A DNA stretch of 11,162 nucleotides from an uncultured archaeon (GTDB taxonomy: Archaea > Asgardarchaeota > Thorarchaeia > Thorarchaeales > Thorarchaeaceae). The position numbers were made by a program, and so were the translations under genes. Within the stretch, counting starts at the first letter, position 1. Each line of letters opens with the position of its first letter. The notes beneath the pieces were generated by a model, which did not search any database, was not told the origin of the DNA, and saw only the letters and a list, made by a program, of their open reading frames with translations. The stretch covers positions 1 through 11,162 of the forward strand of contig CAZVZC010000052.1 of assembly GCA_964631415.1 (NCBI GenBank). The letters run 5' to 3'. Positions 7,609 to 11,162 of this stretch are shown in pieces.

Positions 7609-8172
7609 GTGCACCTCATCGCAGCAGTAATCACATACATCTTGTTACTTGGGTGTACTTCTCAGGCGGTGGCAGCGAGCTCTGATTCCTCAACATTCTC
7701 TGATGAAGCAGCAATCCTTAGCCTGGGCGCTCCTGAGTCGTTCTCCATGACTGAAGGCTTTGTGGTCACGATAGCTGTCGTCGTCACAAACACTGGACTC
7801 AGCATGCTGAATGTGACTGTGGTAGTGGAACAGGATCGCTCTCCTCATGAGATAGTTCTGGCCGAACCTGCTCCTGTCAAGCCCGTCGATGCAGGCTCTG
7901 AGGCGGAGCTGATGCTCAGATTCAGGGCAGTCGTGGAGGACTCTCTGTTGAACAGCTCACTCCTGACGACTCATGTATCGACTGCCATCTTCCTCAGGGC
8001 AGTTTCGATTGACTTCTTGGCTGCCTCACCACAGAAGACCGTGATTGTTGACATAAGTGTCGTAAGAGCTTCTCAGCTCGTCGTTGGCGGTTTCGTCCTT
8101 GCTGTCGCAGCCATACTGATAGCTGTTATCGCTCGCAGTCGAGTAGGATGGATAGGCCTGCACAAGAAGTAA
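7609..8172 (+). CDS. Type I membrane-anchored surface protein with Ig-like (CARDB-like) domain (187 aa)
   Basis: GTG starts 5 nt after the protease stop. It has an N-terminal hydrophobic signal (LLLGC / AVA-A), a beta-rich core with VVVTNTG...LNVTV, and a C-terminal TM LVVGGFVLAVAAILIAVIA followed by a basic tail RSR...KK. Confidence 0.7.
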   Translation: MHLIAAVITYILLLGCTSQAVAASSDSSTFSDEAAILSLGAPESFSMTEGFVVTIAVVVTNTGLSMLNVTVVVEQDRSPHEIVLAEPAPVKPVDAGSEAELMLRFRAVVEDSLLNSSLLTTHVSTAIFLRAVSIDFLAASPQKTVIVDISVVRASQLVVGGFVLAVAAILIAVIARSRVGWIGLHKK

Positions 8173-8537
8173 TGGTGCGACGATTGGACACATGAGCCGC
8201 CCTCTGAGTGTGCATCTTCATACAGAACGGACCGGGCACACAGTCCGAAAGCTGGCATGTCCGAGTGTAAGACACAGGCCCGAAAGGTGCAGGTTTGAGA
8301 AACCGCCCATTGTCAGTTAGGCTGGGAGTTCTGTTCCCAAGAATAGCAATGAGGTCATAATCATTGGATCAAGGATAGCTTGTGAAGGACTACTTTCAGC
8401 AGCATGGAGTCTGGACGGTCTTGTACAACCCGCGGAAGAAACCTGAGCCTCAGACCTTTGAATGGGTCACAAGTCTGATTGGCAGGCCAGCTGACTCCTC
8501 CACTCGAAACCCATCCACGGCTCTGACCAAACTTCAA

Positions 8538-8752
8538 CCCGGCAAGCAGCACGATGACGATCCTCAGAATCAGGATATGGACCAGATGTAGCTGTGTGAT
8601 CAACAGCGTGATGCCGATGAAGAGCATGGCCTTTTTCATGTTTCATCTTTCCGGCTCTCCACGAATCTGAAGAAAAGAATGAATAGGAACGTGGCACCTG
8701 CCCGCTCGAAGGGAACAATCGTAGGCATCTCGAACAGCACCAGTATCGCCTG
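8538..8752 (-). pseudogene. Frameshifted 3'-fragment homologous to the CruF/DUF422-like gene at 10335-10958
   Basis: The minus strand reads QAILVLFEMPTIVPFERAGATFLFILFFRFVESRKDE, then after a 1-nt deletion near 8640 MKKAMLFIGITLLITQLHLVHILILRIVIVLLAG. This aligns colinearly with EAIRVLFEMPAIVPFGWAGAAFLFIFFYRWTESRK...AALFMVLTLLVIVLHLVYVFVVRTIIVLLLA (40/72 identical by hand count). Confidence 0.9.
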
Positions 8753-8940
8753 TCGACTGGCACCCGGATGGGGGTTTCGCGAAATGCCAAAACGAGAAAC
8801 ACCATCGGCATGAAACGTCTAGGGGGATTTTGAGCTAACGACGGATTAATGATGCCGAGGATCTTAGTCACAAATGATAAATGAAGGCTTCTCGCAATAT
8901 GACATGTAACCCCACGTTATCTTAGTTCAATGCAAGGCAT

Positions 8941-8945
8941 GGTGA
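8941..8945 (+). promoter_or_regulatory. Ribosome-binding site GGTGA for the arrestin-fold gene
   Basis: Ends 6 nt before ATG 8952. Confidence 0.6.
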
Positions 8946-8951
8946 AGATCT

Positions 8952-9398
8952 ATGAGTTTTCTTGGCAAGCTTAAGGCCCCGAACGCGACGATAGCAGTGC
9001 TGCTTGACAAGGGTACGTCTAGCCTCAAAGAGCCGCTTCAAGGCAAGCTCGACGTTTCCTCGTCAGAGGAATTCGACGCCACTGAACTGCGTATTGAGAT
9101 TTGGGTCAACGAATGGACGAAAGCCACTGAACAAAAAAAGGTTGGACAGCAGACAGTCCCCGTAACCGCCGAACAAAAAAGCGTGCTGCACCAGAGTAAG
9201 AATACAGTAGCAGGAGGACGGCACTTCACGAGCGGCTTCAGGGATAGCATTCCCTTCAGCATCTCCTTACCGTCGAACGTGCCCCCGACCTATCACAGCC
9301 AGAACGCCCGCAACACTTGGATGTTGAAAGGCGTGATTGGCGTCAAAGGTCGGCCCGACGTGACCAGCCACGACATGGAAGTCGTCATCACCTACTAA
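8952..9398 (+). CDS. Single-domain arrestin N-domain / SpoOM-like protein (148 aa)
   Basis: The pattern IAVLLDK...EPLQGKLDVSSSEEFDATELRIEIWVNE...PFSISLPSNVPPTYHSQNARNTWMLKGVIGVKGRPD resembles the arrestin_N/SpoOM beta-sandwich consensus (F.F.LP..LPPS....G.I.Y.LKA). No signal peptide or TM; good RBS. Confidence 0.8.
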   Translation: MSFLGKLKAPNATIAVLLDKGTSSLKEPLQGKLDVSSSEEFDATELRIEIWVNEWTKATEQKKVGQQTVPVTAEQKSVLHQSKNTVAGGRHFTSGFRDSIPFSISLPSNVPPTYHSQNARNTWMLKGVIGVKGRPDVTSHDMEVVITY

Positions 9399-9550
9399 GT
9401 AGGCTGTCTTCCATAGCCCAGCCTGTCGAGCAAGGTTCTCGGCTAGGTCAGTGAGCCGTTACGGGACAGTTTCGCACTCGGTGTTCGAGGCCAAGAGGCC
9501 GAGGATTTGCAAACGTTGATATGAAGAAATGCTGGGTATGAAAACCGAGC

Positions 9551-9997
9551 ATGAAACTTTCCAGACGTAAGAAACTAGCGTTATCGCTGGTCGTTGTTCT
9601 CACAACGACAGTCCAGATCTTGGCTTGCTATAACCTTGGGACCGTCCAGTGGGTTCCTGACTGCGGTCGATTATGCTTTGTGAGCCGAGTGTACAGCCGC
9701 ATTTCCGGCACACCCGACGGCACACCATATACAGTCGAGTTCGCTGGAATCAATTTCACGTTCCTGTACGTTGATTCCATGATACCGGACATGGGTGCCT
9801 CTGCCTACTTCGATATCGAGTTACCAGGATGGACCGCCCATGACATCTCGATATATATTGGCGGCGGCTGGGTCCGGCCCTCACTATTCGGCCCTCTGGA
9901 AAGCTCCACAGTTGAACACAATGGAAAGGTCGTCGGTGTAGCCACGGCACACACCTATCTAATGGAGGGCCAATGGGTTTTCCTAGTTTCGGTTTGA
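9551..9997 (+). CDS. Hypothetical N-terminally anchored/secreted protein (148 aa)
   Basis: Basic N-terminus MKLSRRKK plus a hydrophobic stretch, then a beta-rich aromatic domain with an NFT sequon. An AT-rich TTGATATG lies about 30 nt upstream. Confidence 0.65.
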   Translation: MKLSRRKKLALSLVVVLTTTVQILACYNLGTVQWVPDCGRLCFVSRVYSRISGTPDGTPYTVEFAGINFTFLYVDSMIPDMGASAYFDIELPGWTAHDISIYIGGGWVRPSLFGPLESSTVEHNGKVVGVATAHTYLMEGQWVFLVSV

Positions 9998-10142
9998 GGT
10001 AGCAGCGGCTAATATGCCCAAGTGAAGCCAATGCTTGATCGTCAGCATGAAAGGATGTTCATCCTCTGCCGTTGTTGAAACGGCTCCTCTTATTATGCGG
10101 ACTCCGTACTTTCTTCTCCTCACATACAAGTGCTGCACAGAG

Positions 10143-10307
10143 ATGGGCCGGCTTGACAAGTCCGCGAAAGGTTTGGAGGAGTCTGCAGGCAAGTCGGTGA
10201 AAGCAAAGGTAGGGAAAACCGACCCGGATGCTTCCACCGAGAAGAACGCTAAGCAGATTACGGAGTGGCTCAGCGCCGCTAACGGCAGACTCGACGCCGG
10301 ACGCTAG
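10143..10307 (+). pseudogene. Truncated remnant resembling the N-terminus of DUF6144-family proteins (54 aa)
   Basis: MGRLDKSAKGLEESAGKSVKAKV...KQITEWLSAANGRLD resembles, from memory, the family start (..LE..AG..V..KV....EW...AM.RLD). It stops before any Cys-rich C-terminal half and only 27 nt from the convergent gene. Confidence 0.45.
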
Positions 10308-10334
10308 CGTTTGTTCCGCAATATGCCAAGGAAT

Positions 10335-10958
10335 CTAAGCCAGCAATAGTACAATGATGGTCCTCACTACGAATACATAGACTAGGTGCAACACTATGAC
10401 CAGTAGTGTGAGGACCATGAATAGCGCGGCATTTGTCCTTGGTGTAGCCTTCCTGCTTTCTGTCCACCTGTAGAAGAATATGAACAGGAACGCAGCCCCA
10501 GCCCACCCAAATGGAACGATGGCCGGCATTTCGAATAGTACCCTGATGGCCTCAGGCGGCCACACCCACCACATGGTCTGACTTGCGCCTGCAGCCACTT
10601 CTACGGGCAACGAGAGAGTGGCAGTCACGATTGCCGCAATGAAGGGCCCGATCCACTTGTCGTCCTTCCATTTCGGCGCAAAGGCTTCGAGCAGTCTGTT
10701 GCCAACTATCCAGCACGCATAGAATGACGCGGACCATCCGAACCCCATCATGATAGGAGCATTTCCAATGTAGAACGGATGGCTCGGATAAGTGTACATG
10801 CCCGGCAGCAGTGAAACGATGTTCTCTCTCACGATGCCAAAGACAAAACCACCCACAAAGAAGGCCAGCGTCTGCCATCTGCCCCTGTAGAGCCAGCTAT
10901 GAATGATGCAAAGCAGGCAGCCAGCCATGACTGTCAGTGTCACAATCTCAGCGTACAC
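10335..10958 (-). CDS. Polytopic membrane protein, CruF/DUF422 (carotenoid-biosynthesis hydratase-like) family (207 aa)
   Basis: Two internal repeats, E...YTY...IGNAPIMMGFGW and E...WWVW...FEMPAIVPFGW, plus the N-terminal HSW...G.....FF pattern. RBS AGGAGGT at 10971-10965 precedes GTG 10958. Confidence 0.75.
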   Translation of the reverse strand: MYAEIVTLTVMAGCLLCIIHSWLYRGRWQTLAFFVGGFVFGIVRENIVSLLPGMYTYPSHPFYIGNAPIMMGFGWSASFYACWIVGNRLLEAFAPKWKDDKWIGPFIAAIVTATLSLPVEVAAGASQTMWWVWPPEAIRVLFEMPAIVPFGWAGAAFLFIFFYRWTESRKATPRTNAALFMVLTLLVIVLHLVYVFVVRTIIVLLLA

Positions 10959-11160
10959 GCTCAGACCTCCTGACCTTCAGGGTGGCAACGAGCCATATCA
11001 CGAGCACAAGCACGACTGGTATGACTGAGATGAGCCTCGATGGTTCACCAATGATGAAAAGATCGACGCCGCTCATCATGACGACAACCAACAGGATTGC
11101 GGAAACCGGGAGGAGCTCCTTCATCGGCTGCATACGATTCACCAAGCCACATAGGAACCA
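10948..11160 (-). CDS. C-terminal part of a membrane protein (5'-partial), translationally coupled to the CruF-like gene
   Basis: The frame is open to the window edge (WFLCGLVNRMQP...). It has two hydrophobic segments and a basic tail, and overlaps the next gene by 11 nt. Confidence 0.65.
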   Translation of the reverse strand, partial: WFLCGLVNRMQPMKELLPVSAILLVVVMMSGVDLFIIGEPSRLISVIPVVLVLVIWLVATLKVRRSERVR

Positions 11161-11162
11161 CA

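Noticed and set aside
8220-8260. GGAC/GTCC stem followed by GAAA, reminiscent of hammerhead stem II
   Set aside because: No CUGANGA core precedes the stem.
8382-8591. 69-aa plus-strand ORF (MKDYFQQHGVWTVLYNPRKK...)
   Set aside because: No RBS or recognisable family, and its 3' end is antisense to the pseudogene. The first half might be another remnant, but I cannot support that.
8361-8871. ORF-track entries 8361-8639 (-) and 8467-8871 (-) as real genes
   Set aside because: The first is the post-frameshift half of the CruF-like pseudogene reading through into unrelated DNA. The second is an off-frame overlap of that pseudogene.
9129-9181. Repeated GAACAAAAAA with A6/A7 runs
   Set aside because: Simply encodes EQK twice in an intact frame; no evidence of slippage or phase variation.
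10035-10142. 5' extension of the 90-aa ORF 10035-10307
   Set aside because: TTG start with non-protein-like sequence; the family-like region begins at ATG 10143.
5848-10334. tRNA, CRISPR array, IS element or integrase in the accessory region
   Set aside because: By eye I found no cloverleaf or T-loop consensus, no regularly spaced repeats, no terminal inverted repeats and no recombinase or transposase motifs.

Overview
Archaeal-looking window (GGTGA/GGAGGTG ribosome-binding sites, a TTTATAAG TATA-like box; a TACK/Asgard-type lineage is an inference only). Bases 2-5847 hold the 3' end of a complex I / Fpo-like membrane-arm operon with FOUR antiporter-like subunits in tandem: a NuoM-like partial gene, NuoL, a canonical NuoM and NuoN. 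The lateral amphipathic helix of NuoL carries an exact 26-codon (78-nt) internal repeat, the feature expected if the fourth pump is built into the complex ('2M-type' complex I). The two NuoM-like genes belong to visibly different subtypes and flank nuoL. The right half is accessory DNA: (i) a secreted caspase-hemoglobinase-fold (clan CD) protease with an intact His-Gly/Ala-Cys dyad, paired with a membrane-anchored Ig-like protein; (ii) a stand-alone single-domain arrestin/SpoOM-fold protein; (iii) an orphan membrane-anchored protein; (iv) a truncated DUF6144-like remnant; (v) a CruF/DUF422-like membrane protein. A frameshifted, diverged copy of the 3' third of the CruF-like gene, only partly captured by the ORF track, lies 1.8 kb downstream of it (8538-8752), so the two copies bracket genes ii-iv like an islet. 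No rRNA, tRNA, CRISPR array, integrase or transposase was recognised.
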